Shown here: positions 1 to 13,800 of the stretch, in pieces | How the letters are laid out: each line of letters starts with the position of its first letter | Position numbering within the stretch: the stretch's first letter is position 1 | Assembly (NCBI RefSeq): GCF_001194135.2 | Contig: NC_068981.1 | Span: forward strand, 49,278,827 to 49,342,826 | Source: Octopus bimaculoides | Taxonomy: Eukaryota | Direction of reading: 5' to 3' | Length of the DNA: 64,000 bases | Program-made: the position numbers and the translations under genes | Notes under the pieces: model-generated | What the model saw: the letters and a program-made list of their open reading frames with translations, nothing else | The model's database searches: none | What the model was told of the DNA's origin: nothing

Positions 1-94
1 CCCGTACTACAGTAATGCATTAGGGAAAAGTGTGTTCTTGGAGAAGATCTAGTATAGTCAAATCAATTCTAACACTAACAGACCACGTAGAACT

Positions 95-745
95 AGAACT
101 AGAAAAGTTTTGTAGTTTAACGTCGCATTTAATATTACCGTAATAACTAATATAGAGAGGAAATTCTTAAAATTAGTGTCTAAACATTTTCAGCCTAGCC
201 ATAAATTCTGTAGAAATGTTAAAAGGGGAACACTGACTGCTAGCTATTCTTGTTGTAAAAACTTCGCCTCTTTTATCAATCAGCATAACACGAAAATTAT
301 TATAAGGAACGACAAAGCCGAATCTAATCTGAGGAACTGCAACTTCAAAGATAAGACTTGTTGTCCATTGGAAGGTAAACGTCTAGAAAAAGGAAATGCT
401 TATAGAGCTAAAGTGCAAGTAGATGGCTCACAAGTATATAAAGCATACACAGGGGCTTGTGGAAAATTCAATCAAGCCGCGATTCTAATCCCACTGAAAT
501 CTTTTCGTGAATAGAACCGCAACTAGTCTTGCAAAACATGTCTGGGAATTGAAAGAGAATGACACCCGTCCTTTTAATGCAACGTGGGAAATTCTAGAAA
601 AAGCATCATCATACAGACATGGAGCTTATAAAAGACCCATGAAATGTAATCTTTGCCTCTCAGAAAAAGTTCTTCATCCTATTCCAGGATAAACATGATA
701 TAAACCAGAGACACGAGCTCTTAAATTCCTGCAGGCACACCCTGG
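95..745 (+). mobile_element. Penelope-like retroelement 3' ORF remnant (linker plus GIY-YIG endonuclease), frameshifted
   Basis: Translates across frames to TNIERKFLKLVSKHF..SYSCCKNFASFINQHNTKII..NCN.KDKTCCPLEGK..YRAKV..YTG..TSLAKHVWELKE..WEILEKA..CNLCLSEK..NQRHELLNSCRH. This matches the C-terminal layout of Penelope-like ORFs (Cys-rich linker, GIY-YIG, CxLC motif). Confidence 0.9.
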
Positions 746-789
746 TGATTAAAATGTCAACCGATAAGATACCAAAATATTTTGACTTT

Positions 790-1036
790 GGGAAAAATAT
801 GACTGTCGCATTTGAATAAAATTCTCCCGTGTCCAGGTTTTCGTGGCGTTTGTATTGCCCGCTAGATGAGACGCCGATCCATCGCCTGTATATTCACTTT
901 TGGTAGTTTAGATGGCTGAAACGACGTGAAATGAAGTGTTTTGCTCCAGAATGCTACGCAACGCAGAGTCTAGGATTGGAAACCACAATCTTACAACCAT
1001 AAGTCCGACACCCTAACCATTAAGGCACGCGCTTCT
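790..1036 (-). mobile_element. tRNA-derived SINE with CORE/Meta-like central domain, degenerate
   Basis: Minus strand reads GCGCGTGCCTTAATGGTTAGGGTGTCGGAC (A-box head), then GAGCAAAACACTTCATTTCACGTCG (central domain). Related to 39285-39660 and 56632-56922. Confidence 0.8.
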
Positions 1037-1094
1037 ACACTACATATTTTAACATAGGGAAAATGTGAAATGCTTACAATCGAAACGTCTAAAC

Positions 1095-1160
1095 GGGTAA
1101 CTGGCAGAATCAGTAGCACCCCGGATAAAACGCTTAGCGCCATTTCATACGTCTTTACCT
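1095..1160 (+). mobile_element. SINE head fragment (Nin/Deu-like family)
   Basis: CTGGCAGAATCAGTAGCACCCCGGATAAAACGCTTAGCG matches the heads of the copies at 8685-8880 and 60472-60690. Confidence 0.65.
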
Positions 1161-1573
1161 GCTGCGTGTAGGTTGAGTTTGTATTTCATTTATTCAGGGT
1201 CGCCAAAATAAGTTGTAATTGAGTAGTGTAATTAACTCACCTGTTCCTCCAAAATCTTAATCCTTGTGCAGTTTCAGAGTCAAGCGTTTCATTAAAGGAC
1301 ATCTATAACGTACATAATCAACTCGATGATAGCTTCGCTGGTTTGAACCAATGTATTACTGCATCAGCACTATATGATATATCAAGGAATATGATCCTAT
1401 ATAAATGTTATTTAAAGTAACGAAACATAATTAAACGTAGATCGCTCAAAGGGAACATGGCTCTTCAGACCGTTTTTGATTTCTTGTAGTTATTTACTTT
1501 CAAAAACGTACGCACGTTTGAGAAGTTCCTTGATATGTTTATAGTTGAAAGATGAATAGAAGCCCAAGCAATC

Positions 1574-1632
<59 letters not shown>

Positions 1633-1660
1633 CACACATACACACACATACACACAGACC
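1574..1660. repeat. (CA)n microsatellite
   Basis: Directly visible. Confidence 0.97.
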
Positions 1661-3026
1661 ACACATATATTGTCATTTAGAAAAACACTACACATATATT
1701 GACATACACACATAATAAACATATATATCTACATACACACATAATTACACTAAGTAACTTGAATGAATGTGCGTATTAAGTATATATGTAGTATATTGGT
1801 GCGTATGGACAGGCAGTATGCCAATATGATGCTATAATAAATAGAAGAAGGCAAATACATTTTTTAGAGCTTCATGAATTATATCATCTTTCTGTTGGCA
1901 GATATTAATTATAGTTTCACGCTTATATGACATTAATCCCCCCTTTTTTTATCCGTTTTGAAGAACCGTTGAAACTTTCTTATTATATTGCGAGCTATTA
2001 TTTTATTGTGGCAAAGAAATGATATAATTCACCATAAATGTCTCTTATATCAAAGAAGTGATACATCAAGTGGTAAGTTTAAATGGCATCTATTTTCTAC
2101 TTGTATTGTCTTTCTATTACAAAATCATATAGATTACGAATTAAAATTGATATCACAGAACGGCTGGAGAAGTAATCCGTTTCTTAGTTTATACGAATAT
2201 AGTTGTGCATAATTCTTGTATGTGTGTAAATGTATACATGCATACATATATACATATATGCACACATATATACATATACAGATATATGCACACATAATAA
2301 TATACGCATGTATGTTAGTGTGTACGTATGTATTTATGCAATAGTGTATGTGTGCTTCTACGTAAACATGATTGAAATAGAAGGAGGCTTAGATTTTGTT
2401 TAGATTGTATTTACATCGGTCACATGCTCCAGAGCATGGTTGTGCACAAAATACGTTTTCCTTAAAAAAAAGGGTGTTCACTGTGCAAACACAAATCCTT
2501 TTAAGACGGTTATAGTGAGTCTTAAACATATTGATACGGCAATCATCCCTACCGTACGAATCACGGAGCTATGCACTTTTCTGAAAATGTATGCTCTGCC
2601 AACGTTTGACCTTTAGATCACAATAATTTTGCTTTGTCTGTCGTTGATTTGACGTTTTGTATAATGTACTAGGATGTGATAGCTTTTACATTACATTGGT
2701 AATTCATCGAGCTTAGCCGGTCATATTTGACAATGATATACCTTTACACTTTTTCATATGTATAGCCTACAACTAAGGCGGCGAGCTGACTGAATCCTTG
2801 GTCTGCAACATTTTTAGCTTCTTTTCACATTTCCTGTGTCCTTGGGATTTTTGTTCTTTTTTTTTCACACAGTTATTAATCGTGTATAGACAGTCACAGG
2901 AGCTAATACGTTCGTTGAGAAACAGTAATTTTCGAAACGTTTGTATTATTGTTACTTTCTTTTTACACGAAATGTTAGTAATCTGCATTTAGTATTGAAC
3001 CATTTGTATAGTTAATAGCTTTGAGG

Positions 3027-3027
<1 letters not shown>

Positions 3028-3073
<46 letters not shown>

Positions 3074-3160
3074 GCACACACACACATATATATATATATA
3101 TATACACAGATACACACACACATGTATACAAACACACACACGCACATATATATATATACG
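3028..3160. repeat. Compound (TA)n/(CA)n microsatellite
   Basis: Directly visible. Confidence 0.97.
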
Positions 3161-4498
3161 CGTGTGTATGTCTGTAATTACATAATCCTACATATTTATT
3201 AATATACTATTGTATATATACGTAGCAAAATGTAAGGTAGCAAGGCAAAATATGTTCATAACAAAAATTGTTACTTTCACGCTCCTAAGAATAAAAAGAA
3301 TCAGCTTTTATAGTGCTTCGTGTGGAGAATTAAGGGATTTCACTTGAACGGTGGGGAGGAAAGACGAGCAGAACGATAGAAGAACGAAAACTTAAATTAA
3401 TGCAATTACGGCGAAAGACCACCTGAATGTGATTGTAGTCATAGTTTCATGGTTAAAATAAGGGACATTTTAAGAAGTGTTTTAAATAAAAGGAGGCGCG
3501 TGCGTCAGTGTGCGTATTAGTTTTTCTGTGTGCGTGCATGTGTTTTAGCGTGTGCGTGCTTGTATTTATAGGTGTGTAATTTATATTGAAGATTAGTTTT
3601 CATTGCACCTAATCATGAGTGCGTCGTGTGTTTTTTGTTTGTGACTCTGCGCTTGTTTTTGTGTAAGTCTGAATAGGAAGAGGCATGCGACGAATGTATA
3701 ATAATGTTTGTGGATTAAGTAATGTGTCTTTCATAAATTAATGTGTATATGTCCCTACGTGGCTTCGTGTGTATAATGTGAGTACTCATAAATCATGTGA
3801 CGTCACTGGTGTGTATGTGTTTGTGTAAATGTGTGTGTGTTTTTGTGTGTGCACGTGGACGTATAGCGTGTGCGTAGGTATGAAGTGTGTTTTCAGGTGA
3901 GGGTTGTTTTACCAGACGACGAGGTTATATTAAAGGGTAGGATTTTAAAATGTAATGAAATGCCTTTATGTCCATACATGCGTGTGCGTAAGTGTGTGCT
4001 GTTTGTGTTGGAAGATGTATTAGATGTGAAAGCTTTGGATGGCTGCACATATTATGGACACGCTTTAATGAGGATAGCGGAAGAAGACAAGTTGAGAGTG
4101 ATAGGTTTTCACATAATCGGGCAGAATGCACGCAGAACCTTACAGTGGATGCGTGAGAGACAGAGAAAGGGATGCAGTTGGAAAGGATAGGGTGCAGGAA
4201 ACGTTACACATGTGTGGTCTAAATGGTGTACGAAGGCGAGAGTGGGTTTATACACATTGAATAAAGCGATTGACCATGTAATGTGTCTGAAAGTCGTATT
4301 CGCAACAGTGCAGACAAAAGAGACGGAAGATGGAGAGCAAAGCTAGGCCTGCTTGGAGTGGGCCAGGTGTCGATTAGCTCGACATGACTTAGAATCGCAG
4401 TTATTGCATTATATAATGCATTATACTAAGCAAATGCTGTGATATGTTATACATACGTTTGTATGTATGTTTCTATGTATATATATATATATTTACGT

Positions 4499-4880
4499 GG
4501 AAGCGGAAAGGCCCAGTGGTTAGGCAGCGGACTCGCGGTCATAGAATCGCGGTTTCGATTCCCAGACCGGGCGTTGTGAGTGTTTATTGAGCGAAAACAC
4601 CTAAAGCTCCACGAGGCTCCGGTAGGGGATGGTGGCGACCCTGCTGTACTCTTTCACCACAACTTTCTCTCACTCTTACTTCCAGATACTGTTGTGCCTG
4701 TAATTCAAAGGGTCAGCCTTGTCACACTGTGTCACGCTGAATATCCCCGAGAACTACGTTAAGGGTACACGTGTCTGTGGAATGCTCAGCCACTTGCACG
4801 TTAATTTCACGAGCAGGCTGTTCCGTTGGTCGGATCAACTGGAACCCTCGACGTCGTAAGCGACGGAGTGCCAACAACAA
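4499..4880 (+). mobile_element. Apparently full-length, well-preserved tRNA-derived SINE
   Basis: A-box GGCCCAGTGGTTAGG and B-box GGTTTCGATTCCC are present. The 3' tail (GTCAGCCTTGTCACACT..GTCGTAAGCGACGGAGTGCCA plus ACA repeats) is shared with 56632-56810. Confidence 0.9.
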
Positions 4881-5616
4881 TATATATTTACATATGTTTT
4901 TCTGTAACGCATAATGCGCAAGGTCATTTTTATTCCTTGTTGCATTACTCATATTCCTTAATTACTATACTCAAACTCTTTTGAGTAGAACATCAATTCA
5001 TTCAAATATTTACAAAAGAGCGATTTTTATGTTAAATTATGCTAATTCGGCAGATTTATGATCTGAGCCGTGTGGTTTACGCCCGAGACAAATGTCACAA
5101 AGAAACAGTGTAACTATTTCCTGCTTCACTCTTTTTGAGAACATACTTCTCTTGTTTCGTATATCCATTGATATTCATTCAAATTATATTATACTGGAAT
5201 ACTTAAGTCACAATTCCCTATAACAATGTTATTGTCACACTTATTCCTTCCTCGACTGTACATTGACATGAAACATGTTGGTGTTCGTTAATACCGAAAA
5301 AATATTTTATGGAAGCATAACGAATTTTACCAGACAACTAAAATATCTAACATGGAAAATGCAAGTATATGTTATATAAGGAACTAATTAAACAATTGAC
5401 TTTACAAAAATAAACTGCAAAACATATATTCCATACTACACAGTATTTATTCAAATGTGTTTGTTAATCAAAGATTTTATCAAAGCTTCATTATCATTAG
5501 AATGAAACGTCTTAGTTAACACTAATTGCGAGGATTCTCAAAATTTTCTCTCTTCCAAATTCTCCATATTTTAGAGATTATTCATCACAAATATTTACTA
5601 AAATTATTTTTATTTG

Positions 5617-5713
5617 GAAGGCGACGACTTGGTATCGGATAAAATGTTTAGCAGCATTTCTTCGAACTTTACATTCTGAGTTCAAATGTCGGTGAGGTTT
5701 ACTTTAATTTTCA
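5617..5713 (+). mobile_element. SINE fragment (Nin/Deu-like family)
   Basis: AAATGTTTAGCAGCATTTC..ACATTCTGAGTTCAAATGTCGGTGAGGT is homologous to 60472-60690. Confidence 0.75.
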
Positions 5714-6456
5714 GCGCTTTCGTTGTGGAGAAAGAAAGATTACCAGTGGAGAATTGGAGACGACGTAATTGAAACCAATATTATACTTGTGAGGCTGACT
5801 TTCGGAATATCCAGAGACTTTTTTTCTGAAAATATCAGAATTATGTTTAATCGTCAAACATTTTCCATGAGACGAACATTTCGAGCATTCAAATTAAGTT
5901 CTCTGTAGAAATGTGCATATGCTATTTTCACTTATCTACTATTTCACTTGCCAAACTTAAGGGTTACCATCGCGTTTTGAATCTTTAAAATGATATCTTA
6001 CGTTAATTTGCTGCGACTGATTAGCTGGATGGAAATTTAACAATGGTATGGCATGGGAATATTGTTTAAATAAACAATAATGGATATCAGAATGCGAAAC
6101 ACGATAATAGTTTCCTTAAATAGATTTAATAAGAATCGGTTAATAAACAAAGCAATGTGATGATTTAATTAACATTGACAGTATATGTGCATATGCATGC
6201 GAAATTTTATGCGTGCATGGAAAAGCATTGTGCGTGTGTGTGTGATCTTTTAGAGTTCATAATTCAAAAAGTGGCACATAATATACGATATAGAACTGAG
6301 TTATTTTATACTTCAAGCGCATGCACTTAACAGAGCACATTAATATTGACTTCATAGAACTGAATATGCTATCATTCGATGTTTCTGATTAGATACTAGA
6401 TAATCTTTTCCATTGCGTTCTGGAGTAATATACATATATATCCTTTGTCTTTTGTC

Positions 6457-6736
6457 TTTACTTGTTTCAGTCATTAGACTGCGGTCATGCAGAATTTTTA
6501 GTCTCTTATTCTATCAGTCTCTTTTGCCGAAGCGCTACTTTCGGGGGCATAAGTACATCCGCACCAGTTGTAAAGCGGTGGTGGTGGTGGTGGTTTGAGA
6601 CACACACATATATGCGTATATATATTGGTCATAAGCTATAGCAGAAGTCACTTGCCGAAGGTGCCACGCAGTGGGGTTGAAACCGGAACCATGTGGTTTG
6701 AAAGCAAGCTTCTTACAACACTGCCACTCCTTCGCC
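6457..6736 (-). mobile_element. tRNA-derived SINE (family with TGCGTGGCACCTTxGGCAAGTG body)
   Basis: Minus-strand head GGCGAAGGAGTGGCAGTGTTGTAAGAAGCTTGC..GGTTCCGGTTTCAACCCCACTGCGTGGCACC. Homologous to 14548-14886 and 62163-62482. Confidence 0.85.
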
Positions 6737-6756
6737 TATATGCATGTATATGTTTA

Positions 6757-6760
6757 TGTG

Positions 6761-6815
<55 letters not shown>
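6757..6815. repeat. (TG)n microsatellite
   Basis: Directly visible. Confidence 0.97.
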
Positions 6816-6818
<3 letters not shown>

Positions 6819-8684
6819 TCTACTACGTGTACCGGTAACGATTATATAATCATGTATTTACATAATACAGAAAATATATTTAGAACAAGTTTGAAGCATC
6901 ATGGGAATTTTTTTCTCTCACATCATGCTAACCCGATTTGCTTATAAGCTCCAACAACTCAGTGGTAGGAGTCAGTAGAGAAGTAAACGGAAGAATCTTG
7001 TTTATACAAGATTATTGTTGTTGTGTGAAACTGACAATGACGTTCTCTTTGTGGTACATATGAATTTAATAACACTATATATGTGTGTGTTTGTGCGTGT
7101 ATGTATAGACTGTAAACAATAATAATCAGCAAAACATGATACATTGGAATTAACAAGAAGAGATCGTTCAAATAACCACCATTACTCTTGTGTGGTTGCC
7201 CATTGAATGGAATCTGTAAGGAAATAAAAATTTGTACCAACGAAGTGTACACACCGGTTGCTATTTCTGAATATTTAAATAGCTGTGAATGTTGGGTTCA
7301 TTTATTCTTTTAAACCTATAGTTTACATAATTATAATTAGTAACAGATATCGCAAACAGATTTGTGTACGCATACTAGAGAAAATGTTGAAAAGTTACCA
7401 AGGGGAACAAAAACGTTGCATAGAAAATTCGTCGGTAACAGCATGGTTTCTATTGAAATTAGAGTGCTTATAACGTAGAGGCACGGTCAAGGAAGTTATA
7501 TTCGTTATGTTCAGTTGCATGTGTACAACATTAGAATAAATAAATTACATTACTGGTCATCGAAAGAAAGAAAAGAAATACGATTTATAATAACAATGCT
7601 AATACAACTGTCTCCTTTTTCTGTTTTCATCATTCTTGCATTGTTTGTACATGAATTAATAATAAGGAGGGTATTGAAATCTAATAAGCAAACCTTTTGA
7701 AATGCCAGAACTCACAAAATACCATAACAACCATATTGTTGTCTAAAATCTATTATTATCGCATTCTTAGTGGACTTATGGATTTTTTTTAATTATTTGA
7801 CCGAGGAGCATTAACTGATATTATTAATTTATACGATTTTGTTGCATCGAAGGCCTGAATCTAACGCTTTTTATCGACCACTTTGTATTTAGGACAACGT
7901 TTTAAATATTAATAATCTGCATTTTACAGTTTATGTCACCTAATGACCGCAGAGTTCCACCAGTATGAATTTTTAATACTATTGATAAAACGAAGTAAAA
8001 TATACATAAAATGGAGAACGAACTCGTATATACCACATTGTTTACATTGGATCGCTAAAAGAAATTATTGATCAGGTCAAATGCATAACACGTCATCTTT
8101 TTCTGTTTTTCTTGATTTTTTTTTTCTTTCTCTTTGTCGGATATAATTCATCATTATTCTATCGTTGTTCCTTCTACACAATCGCCGACATGCTATGTTT
8201 CGTACATATATAAAACACGAGGTCTGTTGCAAACACTTCAGCGCGCATGCATATACATGTAAGCACATGCGCACATAACCCTAATGCATGTAGTTTTACA
8301 CTCTCTGAGCAAACTAACGAAACTTTACTCGTGTTTTTCTTCTGCTTGAAATAACTTGCAACATTCCCATCAAACGTCACTCTACAAAATAGATAATTTA
8401 GTCATGGATACAATATATCTAAATGACACAAAGGGAGTTCACGACATACATGCCACTGATAATGAGTTGAGTTAAGCAACATCATCACTGTTATATTCTA
8501 ATTTAATTTCACGCGCTATAAAACAGAAATAATTACACAATTAATTCTCAACAGAATTATGACATATTTCGCTTTCTTTCAGCTATTCTAATGCATTTTT
8601 AGTGCTCTAACATAGATGTTATGAATGTATCGATATATAATTAGGAAGGATGTACAAAAAATAGTGCAGATGCACATATATTCT

Positions 8685-8880
8685 TTTCTACCCGTTTCTA
8701 CTCTAGGCACAAGACTCGAAATTGTGTGGGGAGGAGGCCAGTCGTTTACTTAATTTATATATCCCGAAAGGAAGAAAGCAAAGTCGACCTCGGTGGAATT
8801 ATAACTCAGAACGTAAAGACAGACGAAATGCCCTAAGCATTTCGCTCGGCGTGCTAACTTTTCTGCCCGCTCACCGCCTT
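8685..8880 (-). mobile_element. tRNA-derived SINE (Nin/Deu-like domain)
   Basis: Minus strand reads AAGGCGGTGAGCGGGCAGAAAAGTTAGCACGCCGAGCGAAATGCTTAGG..GTTCTGAGTTATAATTCCACCGAGGTCGACTTTGCTTTCTTCCTTTCGGG. Confidence 0.88.
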
Positions 8881-10009
8881 AAAATGCACGTATATTAACC
8901 GGCATACTGCTGGTAAAGTGTACATATTAGGAAGAGCAAGTATTTCTCTGTAGTATCTTTTTTTTATGACTTCTGAACAGAAGTGTTATGCCATCGTTGA
9001 GTTCCTCACGATGTGTGTGGGAAATTCTCCAAAACACAAAAAGGGCTGAAGGTCGTTTACGAAGAGAAAACCCAAAGCAAATGTAATGCATTTCGTTAAA
9101 ATTGTTTACAGAAGGAAAAGAAAATATTGAGTATAAACCAATGAATGAGAGACAGACCTGTGCAATCAATAAGAGAATCACTCCGAGTCGACGAATTCAT
9201 TTTCGTGCGTAGACGAGTTACATATAATGAGCTGGGTGCACAACTGGAGTGTAATCACAATGCACGAAAGAAAGCGGGGAAAACTTTGGGGACAGAAGGT
9301 GTGTACAAACTGACACTCAATTTAAAGAAGAAAAGGGTGGAAACTATTATGATGTATTGAAAACTTTTAACTCCAAGAACGACTCATTTTTTCCCGTTCT
9401 GATGACAGACGTGACAACATTGGAGCAGGAGAACGGAAACAAAAGAGAATTTGAAGAAGATCTATATTCACTAAGACAATGAACAACCATATACAAATTT
9501 GGCCACAAGTGCAGCATCTGCAAAACAAGTTGGTTAGTGTTTCCCTCATCTAACGTATTACAGTTACTTTGTAACACGCAGGAAGTAAAATTGGCTCCGA
9601 AGAAATTTCTACTAATTATGGCTGAATTTTTTCGACCGAGATTTGAGAGTTGATTTCAGTGATAGCGCAATGCACTACTTGCGATGAATACTACGTTGAA
9701 TATTACTTATTATGGAGGAAGTATTACTCTACCAACATGTGCAAATTTAACAACATACAACTAACAATAAAAGAGTAATGCTCTCTTCTTCATTACTTCT
9801 GATGTAACTCTGCAATTTTTGAATGAAGCTAAATAAGCATCAACATATTTCTAAATATAGATTCAATATTTACAATATATAGTTGCTAGAAACCATAAAT
9901 ATATTATATTTTGATAGCCAACACTCCTGCTTCTCTCTCTCTCTTTATCTATTCCTCTCCTTCATTCATTCTGACACACACACATACACACATGTATACA
10001 TGTGTACAT

Positions 10010-10319
10010 GCAGTAATATACATCTGGAAGATCCTGGAAGGAATTGTGCCAAATTTTGGCATTGAAAGCTACACCAATGCCAGAACGGGACGACACTGCA
10101 TAGTGCCAAAGATCCCAGCAATGCCATCGCGCTTCAGGACCAGTTACTGCAACAGCTTGGGATTCAGGGGCCCACAGCTTTTTAATATTCTCCCAAAGAG
10201 CCTGAGGAATCTGCACAAAGTAGATGTAGGAGTTTTTAAATCAAAGCTGGACCTCTTCCTATCGAGAGTCCCAGATGAACCTACCTCGCAGCAGGAGGTG
10301 CAAATGAGGGTTGCTAAAT
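10010..10319 (+). mobile_element. CR1/L2-group LINE ORF2 C-terminal fragment, running into an assembly gap
   Basis: IYIWKILEGIVPNFG..NSLGFRGPQLFNILPKSLRNL..FKSKLDLFLSRVPDEP is the typical post-RT domain of CR1-group ORF2. Confidence 0.9.
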
Positions 10320-10848
10320 NNNNNNNNNNNNNNNNNNNNNNNNNNNNNNNNNNNNNNNNNNNNNNNNNNNNNNNNNNNNNNNNNNNNNNNNNNNNNNNNN
10401 NNNNNNNNNNNNNNNNNNNNNNNNNNNNNNNNNNNNNNNNNNNNNNNNNNNNNNNNNNNNNNNNNNNNNNNNNNNNNNNNNNNNNNNNNNNNNNNNNNNN
10501 NNNNNNNNNNNNNNNNNNNNNNNNNNNNNNNNNNNNNNNNNNNNNNNNNNNNNNNNNNNNNNNNNNNNNNNNNNNNNNNNNNNNNNNNNNNNNNNNNNNN
10601 NNNNNNNNNNNNNNNNNNNNNNNNNNNNNNNNNNNNNNNNNNNNNNNNNNNNNNNNNNNNNNNNNNNNNNNNNNNNNNNNNNNNNNNNNNNNNNNNNNNN
10701 NNNNNNNNNNNNNNNNNNNNNNNNNNNNNNNNNNNNNNNNNNNNNNNNNNNNNNNNNNNNNNNNNNNNNNNNNNNNNNNNNNNNNNNNNNNNNNNNNNNN
10801 NNNNNNNNNNNNNNNNNNNNNNNNNNNNNNNNNNNNNNNNNNNNNNNN
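10320..10848. other. Assembly gap (others at 36738-36787, 40858-41404, 50196-50535, 59096-59676, 60388-60401, 61680-62029)
   Basis: Runs of N, mostly flanked by (TA)n. Confidence 1.
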
Positions 10849-13800
10849 TATATATATATTTGTATACTGAGTTGAGGCTTCTTACTCACGATACCTACCC
10901 TTTCTGCTTTCGTCGTTCAGGTTTTTTTTTGGGGGGGTGGGTTCTGAATAAGAATCCTGAAGATAACTCTATCAACGATAGAAAAAATTATCCGAATGCT
11001 TCAATTAATTATGGAATAATTTCAAATATATTATTTTATTTAAGCCTAAATGCAAGGACACACGCATGCGCTAACACTGGGGTGTATGAATGAATATTTG
11101 TGTATGTGTGTGTATTGTTCGAGTGCACATGCATATAATTATATTCATATAAGTAAACCCATGTATGTATCAACATTCATTTACATACATTATGTATATG
11201 TGTGTGTGTACGTGTATATGTATGTATATTTATATATCTGTAAATATGAGTGTGTGAGTTTGTATGTGCGTATGGTTTAACGGTGTACATGCGTGTGAAT
11301 ATGTTAACTCCGGTTTTCGGGCGTGTGTGCATCTAATTTTTATTATACATATAAATAGTTTCATTTGAAATAAATCTGAGTGATTTTTACAGTTATGTGA
11401 AGATAAATACTCGATTGGCCATTATAGTATTAGATTTATAAAGATTAATTCCATTATTCGCCTTCGAGTTTTACAGCTTAAATTTTGATTGGTGAAATAT
11501 TTTGAATGCCAATTCCTAATATCCACGAAAGTCTGCAGACTTTTCTATTCTTACCAATTTTCTATATATTTCTTTTCATTACCTGGCTCTTCTTTCATGC
11601 CACTAATACATTAACACATATAGCATAGCTTGATTTATATCTAAATATATCTTGCACAATTGTGCCAAATATTCCAATACAGATTTCCTAATACTTGCTA
11701 TGAGCAAAAAGTACTAAATCATTCTATCTTACGACTGGCTATTTCTCAATCAGTTACAACCGATACAATTACAGGACTGGCACTGTTAATCGATTCAGAC
11801 ATGAGGAAACGCAATTTTATGCTGAAGGCTGTTTGAGCAAACTTGGCTGAACATCAACCGTCACATAGTCTACAGTCCTTATGAATATGTGTTTAAAATA
11901 CTGATATAAAGAATACGTTGCGAAGAGTATTACCGTAAATAAAATTGTTTTCTCTCCATAATATTCTCACATTATGGCGACAAAATTGATTCTTCCAGTG
12001 TGTTTGAAAGTATTATCTACTGCTTATAATTATTTACTCAAAGTGTTGCTCTAGTAAATACCACTGAATATAACAAGTAAAAATTACATACATATTTTTT
12101 CTGGAGAAACGATAATCCAAGCTGGTATGTCCTTTGTCGCTTATATCAAGCATTTATTTCAGTACTTGTTTTAGAGGGATGAGTGTAGCATCTGGCACGA
12201 TTACAAATAACTAGCTTTTTATTTCAATTCGGTGGACGTAATAGCCGCACTTATGAAGCTGAAATACTATCTAGCTTCCTATAGAGATTTTCGATGTACA
12301 AGAAGTGTTCATATCCAGTTAATATACACGCACGTTATGTTACAATGCGAAATATTTGAACAAGGTTTATGACACCAGCCACATCCCACGCCTCACAAAA
12401 TTCTATATATATAGCATATTGTTATGTGTATATGGCATATTGTTATATATACGGCATATATGCCATATATATATAACATTTTGTGAAGAGAAGATCAGTA
12501 GGTTTCCTAGGAAATAACTTACAGATATACTGCATGTCAAATGAAATGACCTCTGAAACTATGAAGGACTAAATACCAGACATATATTTGATAGAACCCT
12601 TGACTCTAAGTTATATTAACGAAATATTTATCTATCTTAAAATAACACTTGGACACACATAACCCTTTGACCGTTCTGTGAGTCAGCTTAGAGACACAGT
12701 GCATATTTTTCTGGCGCATTATATTGATACATATTCTCAATTTCTTTCAATCAATAGGACAACACCAGATTTATCATAGGGAAACATTAAATTACTAAAA
12801 GCGTATGAAACAAAAGCTAACTAAATGCTGAAAATCAGCAGAAACGTTTGAGACAAGCTTATGCAAATGCTTTGTTCAGACAAAAGTGTTAAATCATAGC
12901 TCGCAAATGAACTTGTAGAGGTCCTGTCTAACGATGGACATTTTACTGTGCTTGCTTTTTTTTCCACCGTCAAATCCATCTTCTTCGTATGAACTACATG
13001 CTGCATTGGGGGGGGGGGATAGAAGTCAGGGAATTGTTTCTACACATAATGACGTTGAAGAATCACTTCATTATTGATAACGTATACAATGTACCTTCCT
13101 AGCCCTGTCGACAACCTATATTTGTAAAATTCGTAAATCTAATTCTTTGATGAGTAGAGGAAAAGTAGTGGAAACTTGACAATAGTTCAAAAGAAGCATA
13201 GATTTAATACGTACATTATTTCAATTCCATGTGTATCTCTGGCAACTCAATGATAATAACTTCCAGTTTTTCTTACGCACTTTCATTCTAACCTCGCTAC
13301 TATAGTCTTGTACTCACTTTCAATATTTCTAAGCTAATTGAAACAGCGACATTCTGCAACACATTGCATCAACATTTCCACTTAACGATTAATGAAAGAG
13401 TTTCCATAAAGCCCTATCGAATATTCTCTCCTATCTCTTAATAGTAATAGTAACAGATTATTCACCAGCAAGGCCTTTTTTACGTAACTGAAATCGTAAA
13501 CCTACATAGAAATTTTGCATATGCCTGGTTTCCTCAAGTCTTCCAAATCTTTTATTGGTAGCTTCCCCTCATGACGTAGTAGCTTGTTATATAAGGACGA
13601 CCTTTTTCTCACGTTCCAGTATTTCTCTCACATCACTGATTTTCTTATCGCGTTTATAAGGGTTACTACTTGAAATAAATTACTAGATTTACGCCATCCC
13701 TTCTAAGTAATCCCTGCACTCTCGTGGCACATGCTTAATATGCGACACTAATACTTAAACTTTTACGAAAATGCAGATTGTATAACATTTTCTTCTCAAC

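Noticed and set aside
1021-1031. TAAGGCACGCG equals the first 11 nt of miR-124
   Set aside because: The match stops at 11 nt, there is no hairpin, and it is the reverse complement of a SINE head.
4499-4575. tRNA-like A and B boxes here and in other SINE heads
   Set aside because: They are followed by SINE bodies and give no complete cloverleaf, so they are not tRNA genes.
9111-9211. Plus-strand acceptor with 33 open codons (EGKENIEYKPMNER..HFRA*)
   Set aside because: Short, with no recognisable domain and no linked upstream exon identified.
9398-9445. CTGATGA..GAAA spacing
   Set aside because: No stem II or stem III complementarity.
9911-10870. 319-aa ORF and other long X-containing ORFs (40.6-41.7, 50.0-50.6, 59.0-59.8, 61.6-62.2 kb)
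   Set aside because: Their length comes from N-gaps and microsatellites. Only the LINE part at 10010-10319 is real.
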